Source: Candidatus Hydrogenedentota bacterium (GTDB lineage: Bacteria > Hydrogenedentota > Hydrogenedentia > Hydrogenedentales > SLHB01). Taken from it: a DNA stretch of 64,000 nt. Position 1 is the stretch's first letter. Each line of letters begins with the position of its first letter. The position numbers and the translations under genes are program-made. The notes beneath the pieces were generated by a model, which worked only from the letters and a program-made list of their open reading frames with translations, was not told the origin of the DNA and did not search any database. Location: the NCBI GenBank assembly GCA_963674865.2, contig CAXXYE010000009.1, positions 608,001 through 672,000 on the forward strand, in the 5' to 3' direction. Shown piece after piece: positions 23,979-34,600 of the stretch.

Positions 23979-24060
23979 GGCCCTGCAAGGGCCGCGCATA
24001 CCAGCCCGGCGCAACGCGCCGGGAAACCGTCGCCCAACGCGATGAAGCCCTGGAAGGGTG
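23979..24060. repeat. REP-like composite palindromic element
   Basis: GGCCCTGCAAGGGCC, CCCGGCGCAACGCGCCGGG and GCCCTGGAAGGG hairpins between convergent genes. Confidence 0.55.
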
Positions 24061-24124
24061 TGACAAAGAACGACAGGCCCCGCGCATCTTCACAAAAGGC
24101 GCCCGTCTCCAAGCAAGCCGCGCC

Positions 24125-25000
24125 TTAGGGCCGCCTGCGGCTCGGCATGCAGTAGATCAGCCAGTAGATGGCTCCCACGAAAACGGCCCCCCCGATGATG
24201 TTCCCCACGGTGACGGGCACCAGGTTGCGGAAGATGAAATTCCCCCACGTCAGGCCATCGAAATCCGCCGCGGTGCATCCCGCCGCCGCCCAGAATTCCG
24301 CGGGCGCCCACTGCTTGATAAACAGTCCGATGGGGATAAAGTACATGTTGGCAACGCTGTGCTCGAATCCCGCGGCCACGAATGCGGTAATGGGAAACAG
24401 GATGGCCAGAATCTTATCGGTGGTGGTGCGGCATGAGAAGCACAGCCACACCGCAAGGCATACCAGTGTGTTGCAGCAGATGCCGCGCGTCAACGCCACC
24501 GTGAACGGCAGAGCGCACTTGCCGGCGGCGATATTGATCGCGGTTTGCCCTACGGCCCCTCCGGCGGCCATGTATTGCGCCGTCAGAAACATGAGGTAGG
24601 CCGCGACTACCGAGCCTACGAAGTTGCCCACGTATACCACGGCCCAGTTCCAGAGGAGCAGGCGCAGCGGAAGCTTCCGGCTGGCGGTTGCCATCACCAG
24701 AAGGTTGTTCCCCGTGAACAACTCCGCGCCGCCGACCACCACAAGGATCAGGCCCAGGCAGAAGGAGAGGCCGCCCAGGAGCTTCACGATTCCGAAAGGC
24801 AGCCGCATCGCGCCGGCGGCGCCGTTTCCCGTTACGACGGTGGTGTAGAAGATCGCCCCCATGGCGATGAAGGCCCCCGCAAGGAGGGCCAACAGGAACA
24901 TCTGGACGAAGGGTAGATTCCCCTTCTTGACTCCCACGTCTTCCGCCTTCGCAGCAACCTGCGGAGGCAGAAGCCCATCAAGCGATACGTGTTCAGGCAT
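24125..25000 (-). CDS. focA: Formate/nitrite transporter (FNT family)
   Basis: GAELFTGN, CNTLVCLAVW and GFEHSVANMY. Confidence 0.85.
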   Translation of the reverse strand: MPEHVSLDGLLPPQVAAKAEDVGVKKGNLPFVQMFLLALLAGAFIAMGAIFYTTVVTGNGAAGAMRLPFGIVKLLGGLSFCLGLILVVVGGAELFTGNNLLVMATASRKLPLRLLLWNWAVVYVGNFVGSVVAAYLMFLTAQYMAAGGAVGQTAINIAAGKCALPFTVALTRGICCNTLVCLAVWLCFSCRTTTDKILAILFPITAFVAAGFEHSVANMYFIPIGLFIKQWAPAEFWAAAGCTAADFDGLTWGNFIFRNLVPVTVGNIIGGAVFVGAIYWLIYCMPSRRRP

Positions 25001-25123
25001 GGTTGGGCCTTCCTGAAGTGTCTACTGCGGCTTCATCCCTGAGCGCACATCTTCGGACAAGTTTCCCTCGTTCGCAGTGTGGCTCGCCGTTGTGGGCAGC
25101 CGAGCCACCGAGAGCATCGTCTA

Positions 25124-26137
25124 TCAGAACAGTCGCCGGATGTCAATCAAATTCCGGAGGGCGAGGAGGACCATGACAGTCTGTTGGCCCGTTCCCCACA
25201 AGATCAATCCCCCGAGGAAGAAGATGCACAGCGCTTCCAAGAGCGACAGGACTGTCCACAGGGAATGGCGGGCCTCGTTGAGCAGATAGCCTGCGGTCCT
25301 CGCGAGGGATTCCTCAACCTTTCCCGCCTTCTCGGCGGCGGCAACCATGCCCAAAGCCACGCGAGGGATAAGCCGGCACTGCCGCAACGCCTCGCTCAGA
25401 CACGTGCCCTGCTCAACCGGCGCCACCGCATTGAGCAGGTTGCGCTCCATGATCACGTTGGCCGTCGTCGCGGCGGCGCGGCGCAGACTCGTCGTGGTGG
25501 GCAATCCGCCTTCCAAGAGAAGGGCCAGACTCCGGAAGAAGCGCGCCAGCGCGAATCGCCGCTTGATCTGTCCCAGCGGCCACATCTTTAGACGGAGGCC
25601 GTCGAGGAATGGCCGGAGCACCTTCAAGCGTGTCGCGATCTTGTAGACGATGATGCCTAAGAGCAGCTTCTGCAGAAACGGCACCCAGCCCATGATAAAC
25701 CGGAGCGTGTAGTCGCCGATGGTGCCGCCGGATAGCACGGCGCCTCGGAGGTACGGAATCACGACGAATGCCGCGATGAGGACACAGAGGGGATACGCCA
25801 ACTGCTGGATGATGGCGCGCTTAACAGCGAGCACCTCCTCGAAGTGATTCGCCAAGTCGGCCAGAACAGGGCCGAGCCCGCCGGACACGTCCCCGAGCGC
25901 CATGACTTCGACGAACTCTCCGGGGAAGTGCTCGGCGGCCCCCCGCACCGCTTGCTCGAGCGTGGCCCCCGCGCGAATGGCGTCCATCACCGGTGTCAGG
26001 GCGTACACCACGCGCCGTCGCCGGCCCTCACCCATGGCAAGCTCAAGACAGCGGAGTAAGGGAATACCGGCATCATAGGCATTGGCAAGCGAAGCGCAAA
26101 GCGCCGCCATCTCCCGTGTCGTGAGCTTTTTCGTCAA
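25124..26137 (-). CDS. Type II secretion F / type IV pilus PilC family platform protein
   Basis: Two T2SSF repeats (AGIPLLRCL...GDVSGGL; GGLP...AEKAGKVEESL) and LAYP before a TM segment; probable TTG start. Confidence 0.8.
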   Translation of the reverse strand: MTKKLTTREMAALCASLANAYDAGIPLLRCLELAMGEGRRRRVVYALTPVMDAIRAGATLEQAVRGAAEHFPGEFVEVMALGDVSGGLGPVLADLANHFEEVLAVKRAIIQQLAYPLCVLIAAFVVIPYLRGAVLSGGTIGDYTLRFIMGWVPFLQKLLLGIIVYKIATRLKVLRPFLDGLRLKMWPLGQIKRRFALARFFRSLALLLEGGLPTTTSLRRAAATTANVIMERNLLNAVAPVEQGTCLSEALRQCRLIPRVALGMVAAAEKAGKVEESLARTAGYLLNEARHSLWTVLSLLEALCIFFLGGLILWGTGQQTVMVLLALRNLIDIRRLF

Positions 26138-26333
26138 GAGACGCCTCTGGGAATCTTCCCCTCCGCAGGCAAAGCAGACGCGAATGCCCGCGGCCTGCGA
26201 CGACAAGTATGGCCGTTGAGCGGTTTCGGGTGCAATTCTTGATGGAATTGTTGCGCCCCACCGCGGACGCGTGACAAGATGGCCAAGAGGCATCGGCCCT
26301 CAGAACCTTAGGCACAGGAAGAGGAGAAGCGGC

Positions 26334-28268
26334 ATGGGATACGGACTTTCGAAGGTGGCTATTCTGTTGAGCACGGGACTCATCGCGCTCGCGGCCCAAT
26401 CCGCCTGCGCCGCCACCGAAGAACTCGGCAACGGCTTCTTTCACCACGGCGTCGCCACGCCCGTGAGCAATCATCGCGGCACCGTCGCTACCGTCGACGG
26501 CGAAGGGCGCGACGTGGTGCTTGTCTGGCTCTTCGACCACCGCGGCGGCTACGCGCTCCTCATGATTGACGCGGAGACGGGCGCGAGCGAGGAATTCCCG
26601 ATGCCCTTCCCACCGGGCGGCGATTGTCCCTATGCGTCGGTTCTTTCGAGCCGCAACAAGTTCTACACCCATTTCAACAGCTACTTCTGCGAGTTTGATC
26701 CCGAGAAGCGCGTTTTCACCTTCTTTCAGCAAACCGCGCCCCAGATGGCGATGGGCATGACGGAAGACGACGACGGCGTCATTTGGTCGGTGACGTATCC
26801 CGACAGCGGCGTGGTGTCCTTCGATCCCGCCACGCGCACGTTCAAGGATTACGGCCACGTCTACAAACAGAACTGGCGGCAGTACCAGCGCCAGGTCGTC
26901 ACCGACGACGCCGGGTGGCTTTACTTCGGCGTCGGCACCACGGCCAGCCAGATCATCGCCTTCGATCCGGACACGGGCGTAGCTAAACCGATCCTCGCGG
27001 AAGCCGAGCGTCTCAAGGGCAGCGGATATGTTTGCCGCGACGTGAACGGCAAAGTGTACGGCCACGCCGGCGACGCAGACGGGGACTGGTTCGAGTTTCA
27101 CGCCGGCGCCTTCAGGAAGATCCCCCGGCCTAGACACATCGAGGAGAAGCCTATCATCACGAGCAGCCAAGGCCTTTTTCATCGAGCGTTCCCCGACGAA
27201 AAATGGCTCGAAGAGTGCGACCTCGTTGAGCGTCGCCTCGCCGTCAAAGATCCCGTGACGGGCGAGGTTAAGGAACACCATTTCGACTACACGAGCGAAG
27301 GCGCCCATATCATGGGGCTGGCTGTCGCGCCTGACGGTACGATCTGCGGCGGCACGACGTTTCCCATGCGCTTCTTCAGCTATGCCCCGGACACCGACGC
27401 GTGGAGCAATCGCGCCAGCTACGGGCAATGGAACACCGTCGCCCGCCAGGGAGATCGGTTCTTCGTCGGCGGATACGGCGGCGGCTTCCTCCTCGAGTGG
27501 GATCCTGCGCAGCCTTGGGCGGCGACGGAGAAAGACAAGGCCGACTGCAATCCGCGTTTCCTCACGGAGTGTACGCCAACGATCCACCGCCCCCATGATC
27601 TGCTGTCCCATCCCGACGGCAAGACGCTCGTGCTCGCGGGCACGCCCGGATACGGCTACACCGGCGGCGGATTGCTCTTCTGGGATCGCGAGACACAGGC
27701 GCAGACGCTCGTCGAGCACACTGACATCCTCCCCGAGCATTCCACCATGAGCCTGGTGGCGCTCCGCGATGGGAAACTCCTCGGCGGCACCACAACCAGC
27801 GCGGGCACCGGCGGCGAGACGAAGGCCGAGCAAGCGGAACTCTACATCATGGATATGGCAACGAAGCGCGTCGAGTGGCATGAGGCCGTGTTCCCCGGTG
27901 CGGAGGCCTATACGGACATGTGCCCAGCGGCAAACGGCCTCGTCTACGGTGTCGTAGACCGCAGCCGCTTCTTCGTCTTCGACCCCGCCAAGCGGGCGGT
28001 GATCTACGAGAAAGACACGGAAGCCGACTTCGGCCGCACCATCTCCCATCAAGGGCCGCGCGTGTTTGTGCTCGGTTCCGATGGAGAGCACTACATGCTC
28101 TTCGTGAAGGGGATTGCCCGTATCGACCCGGCAACGTACGACATCACTCTAGTCGCCGAGTCGCCCGTCCCCATCGGCCCCGGCGGCGCCTTTCTCAACG
28201 GACGGATCTACTTCGGCAGCGGCTCGCATCTGTACAGTTACGAGGTGAAGGACGGGAAGACGGAATAA
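26334..28268 (+). CDS. Secreted beta-propeller protein of unknown function
   Basis: Signal peptide, RBS GAGGAG, repeated xDPxTG / DGxxYG blade-like motifs. Confidence 0.65.
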   Translation: MGYGLSKVAILLSTGLIALAAQSACAATEELGNGFFHHGVATPVSNHRGTVATVDGEGRDVVLVWLFDHRGGYALLMIDAETGASEEFPMPFPPGGDCPYASVLSSRNKFYTHFNSYFCEFDPEKRVFTFFQQTAPQMAMGMTEDDDGVIWSVTYPDSGVVSFDPATRTFKDYGHVYKQNWRQYQRQVVTDDAGWLYFGVGTTASQIIAFDPDTGVAKPILAEAERLKGSGYVCRDVNGKVYGHAGDADGDWFEFHAGAFRKIPRPRHIEEKPIITSSQGLFHRAFPDEKWLEECDLVERRLAVKDPVTGEVKEHHFDYTSEGAHIMGLAVAPDGTICGGTTFPMRFFSYAPDTDAWSNRASYGQWNTVARQGDRFFVGGYGGGFLLEWDPAQPWAATEKDKADCNPRFLTECTPTIHRPHDLLSHPDGKTLVLAGTPGYGYTGGGLLFWDRETQAQTLVEHTDILPEHSTMSLVALRDGKLLGGTTTSAGTGGETKAEQAELYIMDMATKRVEWHEAVFPGAEAYTDMCPAANGLVYGVVDRSRFFVFDPAKRAVIYEKDTEADFGRTISHQGPRVFVLGSDGEHYMLFVKGIARIDPATYDITLVAESPVPIGPGGAFLNGRIYFGSGSHLYSYEVKDGKTE

Positions 28269-28269
28269 A

Positions 28270-28321
28270 GGGAGGGACGCGCTCCCGCGCGTCCAAGGTC
28301 ACGCAGGAGCGTGACCCTCCC
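28270..28321. repeat. REP-like inverted doublet
   Basis: GGGAGGGACGCGCTCCCGCGCGTCC-AA-GGTCACGCAGGAGCGTGACCCTCCC: two related palindromic units in inverted orientation. Confidence 0.65.
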
Positions 28322-28540
28322 GGGTCTTGAGCGAGACCTTGTCAATTGGCCGCGTTTGAGGACCTGCCTCTACCATGTAGCCTAATGCGTTGCACCCATC
28401 CCGCTGTAAGGCACCGGACATGAGTGGGATAGCGGCCGGCGGCTGTGCGGCACACGGGACGCTGAGATGGCGGCGCGAAACAAGGGGGATTTGATTTGCA
28501 GAACAGCATATTTCTTTGTTTTCTCAGCCATTAGCAAAAT

Positions 28541-28566
28541 GGCTGACGCAGGAGCGTGACCCTCCC
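28541..28566. repeat. Third copy of the same REP-like unit
   Basis: ACGCAGGAGCGTGACCCTCCC is identical to 28301-28321. Confidence 0.6.
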
Positions 28567-28577
28567 AGGCCGGGGCG

Positions 28578-29999
28578 CTATGCCTCGGCGAAGCGCTCTC
28601 GGATGAGCGCGTAGATTCCGCCAAATGCGCCATTGCTGAGGATGAGCGCCACGTCACCGGCTTGGGCGTCGGACGCGACTCCCTCCACGATGTCCCGCAC
28701 GTCGTCCGTGAACCGTGCGGCCACGCCCCGGCGGCCGAGTTCGGCTATGGCCGCGTCGCGATCCAGCCGCTCGTCGGCGGGCACGCGCTCCGGCCGGTAG
28801 ATGGGGCCTATCCAGACTTCGTCCGCGCCCGCAAGGGCCTCGACAAGCGGCTTCTGGAATCGGCTAGTAACCGTCGTGTTCGACCGCGGCTCGAAGAGCA
28901 CGCGCAGCCGCCGGCCGGGCCAGCGTGAGCGCGCGGCGGCGATGGTTTCCCGGACGGCCGTGGGATGGTGCGCGAAATCGTCGACGAAGGTGACGTCCCG
29001 CGCTTCGAGAAAGACTTCCATCCGGCGGCGGACGCCCTTGAATTCGGGCAGGACGTCCTTGAGCGCTCTCGGACTCACTCCGAGGATATCCGCCACCGCC
29101 AGCGCCGCCAGGGTGTTCCGCACGTTGTGTTTGCCGGCGAGGGGGACGTCGAACTCGCCCCACGGGCGGCCCTCTCTGCTCACTCTGAGGCGCTGCAATC
29201 CGTCCGCTTCCCCGGCGCACTCGCCGCGGAACTGCGCCTCGGGGCCGAGCCCGTAGGTTCGGACATTGCTGAAGGCGTGTTGGGCGAGATCGGCCGCACG
29301 CGGGTCGTCCGCGCACGCCACCAGCCACCCGCTCCGGGGAATCTGTCGCAGCATCCGCTGGAAGGCGAGTTCAATCTCGGCCACGTCCGCGTAGATATCG
29401 CCGTGGTCGAACTCGAGCGACGTCACGACGGCGATCTCGGGGAGGTAATGAAAGAACTTGGCGCGCTTGTCGAAGAACGCCGAGTCGTATTCGTCCCCTT
29501 CGATAACGAATGGGACGCCTTCGGGCCCGAGTCGCGCGGAGAAGGAGAAATCCAGGACTTGCCCGCCTACCAGATAGCCGGGATCGAGTCCCGCGCGATC
29601 CAACAGAAAGGCCGTGATGGCGGTGGTGGTCGTCTTGCCGTGGGTGCCGCAGATGACGACGGGCCTGCGTTTGCGAAGGACGAATTCCTTGAGCCACTCC
29701 GGCAGGCTGACGTAGCGCAATCGGCGCTCGAGGGCCGCCTCCACTTCGGCGTTGCCCCGGCTCAGGGCGTTGCCCACGATCACCATATCGGGGCACCAAT
29801 CGAGGTGGGAGGCATCGTAGCCCGTCGCGACAGGCACGCCAAGTTCGCGCACCATCTCCGAGGTCGGCGGATAGAGGGGATTATCGCTTCCGCGAACTTC
29901 CCACCCCGCCTCGATAGCCAGCCGCGCCCCGGCTACCATGGCCGTGCCGCCGATGCCTGAGAAATGCACGCGGGGGCGCGGTGCGCTACTGCTGCTCAT
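28578..29999 (-). CDS. mpl: Murein peptide ligase (UDP-MurNAc:tripeptide ligase)
   Basis: GTHGKTTT, EGDEYDSAFFDKRAKF, EFDHGDIY, DDFAHHPTA, EPRSNT and SNGAFGG. Confidence 0.92.
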   Translation of the reverse strand: MSSSSAPRPRVHFSGIGGTAMVAGARLAIEAGWEVRGSDNPLYPPTSEMVRELGVPVATGYDASHLDWCPDMVIVGNALSRGNAEVEAALERRLRYVSLPEWLKEFVLRKRRPVVICGTHGKTTTTAITAFLLDRAGLDPGYLVGGQVLDFSFSARLGPEGVPFVIEGDEYDSAFFDKRAKFFHYLPEIAVVTSLEFDHGDIYADVAEIELAFQRMLRQIPRSGWLVACADDPRAADLAQHAFSNVRTYGLGPEAQFRGECAGEADGLQRLRVSREGRPWGEFDVPLAGKHNVRNTLAALAVADILGVSPRALKDVLPEFKGVRRRMEVFLEARDVTFVDDFAHHPTAVRETIAAARSRWPGRRLRVLFEPRSNTTVTSRFQKPLVEALAGADEVWIGPIYRPERVPADERLDRDAAIAELGRRGVAARFTDDVRDIVEGVASDAQAGDVALILSNGAFGGIYALIRERFAEA

Positions 30000-30492
30000 A
30001 TTGCTGGATTTCGTCGTAGATGTACTCGAGTTCGACGCCGGCCTTCTCGAAGAGCGGCTCGGATTCGGCCGCCCGGTGATACTTTCGTTCGCACACCACC
30101 CGCTTGATCCCGCAGTTGATGATCAGCATCGCGCACACGCGGCAGGGCGTCATGCGGCAATAGAGTGTCGCGCCGTTGATCGACACGCCCAGCTTCGCGG
30201 CCTGGCAGATCGCGTTCTGCTCGGCGTGTACCGTCCGTACGCAGTGCTCGCTGATGGAGCCGTCCTCGTGCAGCATCTTCTTCATCTGGTGGCCGACTTG
30301 ATCGCAATGCGGCAGGCCCGTGGGCGAGCCGACGTATCCCGTCACCAGCAACTGCTTATCGCGCGCGATGACGCAGCCGCTTCGGCCCCTGTCGCAGGTT
30401 GCGCGCTTCGAGATGGCGTTCGCCACTTCCATGAAGTACTCGTCCCAACTGGGACGCCGGTACTGTTCCGATTGCTTGTCTTCCGATGCCAT
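29986..30492 (-). CDS. dCMP deaminase (ComEB-like)
   Basis: RPSWDEYFM, HAEQNA and PCRVC zinc motifs. Confidence 0.92.
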   Translation of the reverse strand: MASEDKQSEQYRRPSWDEYFMEVANAISKRATCDRGRSGCVIARDKQLLVTGYVGSPTGLPHCDQVGHQMKKMLHEDGSISEHCVRTVHAEQNAICQAAKLGVSINGATLYCRMTPCRVCAMLIINCGIKRVVCERKYHRAAESEPLFEKAGVELEYIYDEIQQYEQQ

Positions 30493-30558
30493 CGAGCTTC
30501 CCCTTGAAGTCCGCGATTACCTTGCGTCAACACTATAAGCCTCGCCGTGAGGCCAGAT

Positions 30559-31668
30559 CTACCAATCCGCGTTGCTACTGTCCTCGTGTGAGAGACGCGG
30601 CGTGTCCCAATCGCTCCAGGCCATGGCGCGCACCGTCGCCTCGTCCACGTCGATGCCGAGGCCCGGCCCTTCGGGGATGGACAGGCGGCCGTCGGTGATG
30701 GTGAACGGCTCCTTCAGGTAGCCTTCGCCGAGATGGCCTCGCTCCTGAATCAGGAAGTTGGGCGTGCACAGCGCAAACTGCACACACGCCGCCAGCGCCA
30801 CGGGGCCTAGCGGGCAATGGGGCGCCACGGCCATGTAGTGCGTCTCGGCCATGGCGGCGATCTTCCGCACCTCCGAGATCCCGCCCGCGTGGGCCAAGTC
30901 CGGCTGGAGGATGGCCGCGGCATCCTTCTCGATCACCTCGCGGAATCCGTGCCTGCCGTACAGGCGCTCGCCCGTGGCGATGGGTATGCTCGTTGAGCGC
31001 GCCACGTTGACGAGGGCGTCCACGTTCTCGCACTGAACCGGCTCCTCAATGAAGAAAGGCCGGAGCGGCGTCAGTACGTCCGTCATGGCAATGGACATCG
31101 CCGGCGTCACACGCCCATGGAAGTCCAAGGCCACGTCTGCGTCGCCCGCGCCTTCCCGCGCCGCCGCCACACGCGCCTCGACCTTCTTCAACACGTCCAG
31201 GCCGTCCACAATGTCCACGGCGTCCACCGGACAGAACTTCATCGCCGAGAAGCCTTCTTCCACGCGGCGGCGAGCCTGCTCCCGTATCGCCTCGGGCTCG
31301 CCGCCCCCGCAGCCGCCGTACACGCGGACGGCGTCCCGGCATGGCCCGCCGAGCAGCCGATGCACCGGCAGGCCGAGCGACTTGCCGAAGATGTCCCATA
31401 GGGCCATATCCACGCCGCTCAAGGCGCTCATCAGTACCGGCCCGCCCCGGTAGAATCCGCAGCGGTACATGGCGTCCCAATGATGCTCGATCCGGCAAGG
31501 ATCTTCGCCGACGAGCAGCCGCGCCAATTCGCCCACGGCCGCCACCTGCGTGGCGGCGTGGCCCTCGAGCGTCGCCTCGCCCCAGCCTACCATTCCCTCG
31601 TCCGTCTCGACTTTGCAGAACACCCAGCGCGGCGGAACGGGAAACGCGTCAACTTTGGTTATCTTCAT
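30559..31668 (-). CDS. dgoD: Galactonate dehydratase (enolase superfamily)
   Basis: PPRWVF, FYRGGPVLMSA, DFHGR, EEP, TGERL, QPDLAHAGG and APHCPLGP. Confidence 0.88.
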   Translation of the reverse strand: MKITKVDAFPVPPRWVFCKVETDEGMVGWGEATLEGHAATQVAAVGELARLLVGEDPCRIEHHWDAMYRCGFYRGGPVLMSALSGVDMALWDIFGKSLGLPVHRLLGGPCRDAVRVYGGCGGGEPEAIREQARRRVEEGFSAMKFCPVDAVDIVDGLDVLKKVEARVAAAREGAGDADVALDFHGRVTPAMSIAMTDVLTPLRPFFIEEPVQCENVDALVNVARSTSIPIATGERLYGRHGFREVIEKDAAAILQPDLAHAGGISEVRKIAAMAETHYMAVAPHCPLGPVALAACVQFALCTPNFLIQERGHLGEGYLKEPFTITDGRLSIPEGPGLGIDVDEATVRAMAWSDWDTPRLSHEDSSNADW

Positions 31669-31676
31669 GGCGGCAC

Positions 31677-34600
31677 CTACCTCTCTTCATGCGCTACATG
31701 GAACCGGAAGCGCGGCCCGAAGTGGCAGCGGCCCTTCACGAGGAAGCTCAGAATATACTCGCCGCTGCCTGCCGGAAGGGTGATTTCCTGCTTGTCCGCT
31801 TTGTCGAAGCGCGGTACGTCCCCGGGAATCGCGAAGGATGACACGCGCCCGCCGGCGTCTTCGCACGTGATCCAGACGCCGCCGGTTTCTTCGCCGCTAC
31901 GCGGAGGAAGCCAGGCGGCTTCACCGAGATTGGTGCAGGTGACGCGCAGTCTCAGCGGAGTTCCCGTTGGCAGAGTCACGTCGCCGTGATCTTCCACGTC
32001 TATCCAGCCTACATCGGGCGCGTATACGTCAACCTTGTCGAAGATGCCGTCCACGTACTTCGGCGGGTTCTTCCCGTTGTAGGGGCGGTTGCCCACGGCA
32101 CGCATGGGACAATCCGCCGTAGTGCTCCCGGTGGCTTCCGTGCGAAGGCCCGGTGTCTCGCCGTCTTCGACAGCGCGCCAGAATTCTTCTTTGACCTCAT
32201 CGTAGATTCCGGCGACGCCATCGGGGTGTTCATCGCGATCGATAACGATCCACCGGTCGATGGGCGCGGGCGAAGGGCCGTCCAGCAACGCCCGCGCGTG
32301 TTTCCGGATGCAGCGTGTGACGGCGCGGTCGCTGCCGTCAGGATTGATGATGCCATAATCGCTGTTTTCGTTGACGCGGTAGCCGCCGGGATACCACCAG
32401 AAAAAGACGCCGTCGCACCGGCTGCCGACGAACATGCGGTAGAGATCCCGGTAGTAGCTCGCCTTGAACGTCGGCTCATCGGGCGAGGGATAGAGGCGAT
32501 CCGTCGCCCATTCATTGACGCCTGCCTCCTTCCACATCATCGGGAGATACGGCGCGCAGCAGCGGGCATAAGCATGCTGAAACCAACCGGGCCTCACGCG
32601 TTCCCAATCGCCGATGCGGCCATAGGCTTCCGGCTCGAGCACGTCCACGGCGGCGGACAGGTATGGCCAGTCATGCGGGATGCGTTCGCCCCAGCGGAAG
32701 GTGGGGTCGCCGGCCTCCGTCATGCGGTAGCTCACCAGGTGATTCGCGTCAACGCTCCGCACAAGCGCACGCGCGCGGCTGTAGTACTCGTAGAGCAGCG
32801 TGTCCAGGAACCGGCGGTAGGCGGCCACCAGCACCCGCCAGGGGCCGTCCTCAACCGTCCAATGGTTCAACGGGTTTGTGACGCGGCCCTGTCCGTCGCG
32901 GGGCGCCTGAAAGCTCCAATCCGCCTCGGCGTTCTCGATGCCGCCATAGCGTTCATCGATCCATTCGCGCCACGCCGTGTCCCATTTGGCGCGTTCGTCG
33001 TGATTGCCGAACATGGGCTCCCACGCCAAATCCAGCGCGTAGATGCAGTCGTGTTCGGCAATGCGGTAGTACTCGAGCAGTTCTCGCATCTCCTCCCACC
33101 GGAATTCGAGCGGCGTGCCTGGGCGTAAGGAGAGGTCGGCTTTCAGGCCGACGGCCTGAAGGCGGCGCAGCAGGTCGAGCAGGTTTTGTGCTTCGAGCGA
33201 CTCGCGGTAGATGAAGATGCTGACGGCGTTCATGCCCATGCCGGCGATGTGATTCAGGTCGCGCTGGATGACCTCGGGGTCATAGGAACGCGCCCCCAGC
33301 CAGTACTCGAAGTAGGGCCCATCTTCGATCCCGATGCCCGACGACGGCATGTAATTGACGCCATGTACGCGCCAGCGCCGGCCTGCCAGCATGAAATCGC
33401 CGTCTTTGACGGTGACGTAGGCGGGTTCGAGCGATGGCCGCCAGATGTGGACCTCGTGGGCCACACTATCCAACGGCGTCTCGCCGTCCTCGGCCAACAG
33501 CACGGCCTCAGCGCTCCAGCGTTCGCCCGGGCCGCGCTCCGCCGCGGGAACGCCCTCCTCCACGCGGCACGCGTCCCCCGGCGCTATCTCGCGCTCCCAA
33601 GGCCAACGCGCGAGGATGTCCTGGCCCCTATAGAGGCGCATTTCGCCGCGCACTTGGCGGGCCTTTCGCGCCAGGTTCGCCACGCGCGCGCCCAGGCGCA
33701 TGTCCTGTTCCTCGAAATAGGTGTAGTGATCCGAACCGCCGTCAAGGATGAAGACGCCGTTAGCGATTTTCGCGGCCACTTGCCCGGCGAGTTCGAGCAC
33801 TTCGGGCCGCGTGTACCAGTTCCTATCGCGGATAGCGAAGGCCGCCCAAACGCCGCCCTTGTAAGGGCCGTCGGCATGTATCAGCAGCGTGGCGGGAGTG
33901 CCGCGCCATTCACCATCCGCCGTAGATGCTTCGAGCAGGGGCGTCCAGCGCCAATCGCGGCCCTTGTCGAAGCCCGCGCCGCGAGGCCGGGGATGGGAAG
34001 AGTAGACTTCCTGCGGCATGGGAACGGCGTCCGCCGAGACAAAGTTCTGATCGCGACGCACCTGGATTTCCGCTACGTCGCGGCACGGGAAAAACTTGTA
34101 CTCGGGCGCCAGCGTATCCAACGCGGGCGGGGCCAGGCGCGTCAACATCACCTCGTGCAGGGGCGTCCGCGGCGCCGTACCGAAAGCGCCCACGTAGTAC
34201 TCATGTTTGCCCGCGCCCACGTTGGTGTGCGTGTTCGACAGGCCGATGGCGAGGCGCTCTGCATGCCGGGGATCGAACTGCGTGCCGCGCCGCGCCTCCA
34301 CGCTCTGCCAGAATTTGAAGTCGGAGGGTTGCAGTACGTACGCCTGCCAGTCGGCGGAGAGCGGCACCGTGGCGATCCAGCGCGAGCCGTCGTGTTCGCG
34401 CCACTCGATGGATAGCTCGCGCGTCTCGGGTTCGCCCTTCGCGAAGAACACCGTCAGCGTGTGGCCTTCCGGAAACGGGGCGTCCATCGGCGGCGAACCG
34501 AAGGTGTCCCAGCCATTGTGATTCGACACCCAGGCGTGCAGCGCCCGGCCCGAGGGGGATTCTTGCTCGGCGATGACTTCGTAGCGCGCGGGGATGCGCA

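Noticed and set aside
26073..28091. 672-aa minus-strand ORF
   Set aside because: Antisense shadow of the beta-propeller gene, as expected in high-GC DNA; no motifs.
28322..28540. Possible ncRNA (6S-like) between REP units
   Set aside because: No recognisable conserved motif or long central-bulge hairpin; an Rfam/Infernal search would be needed.
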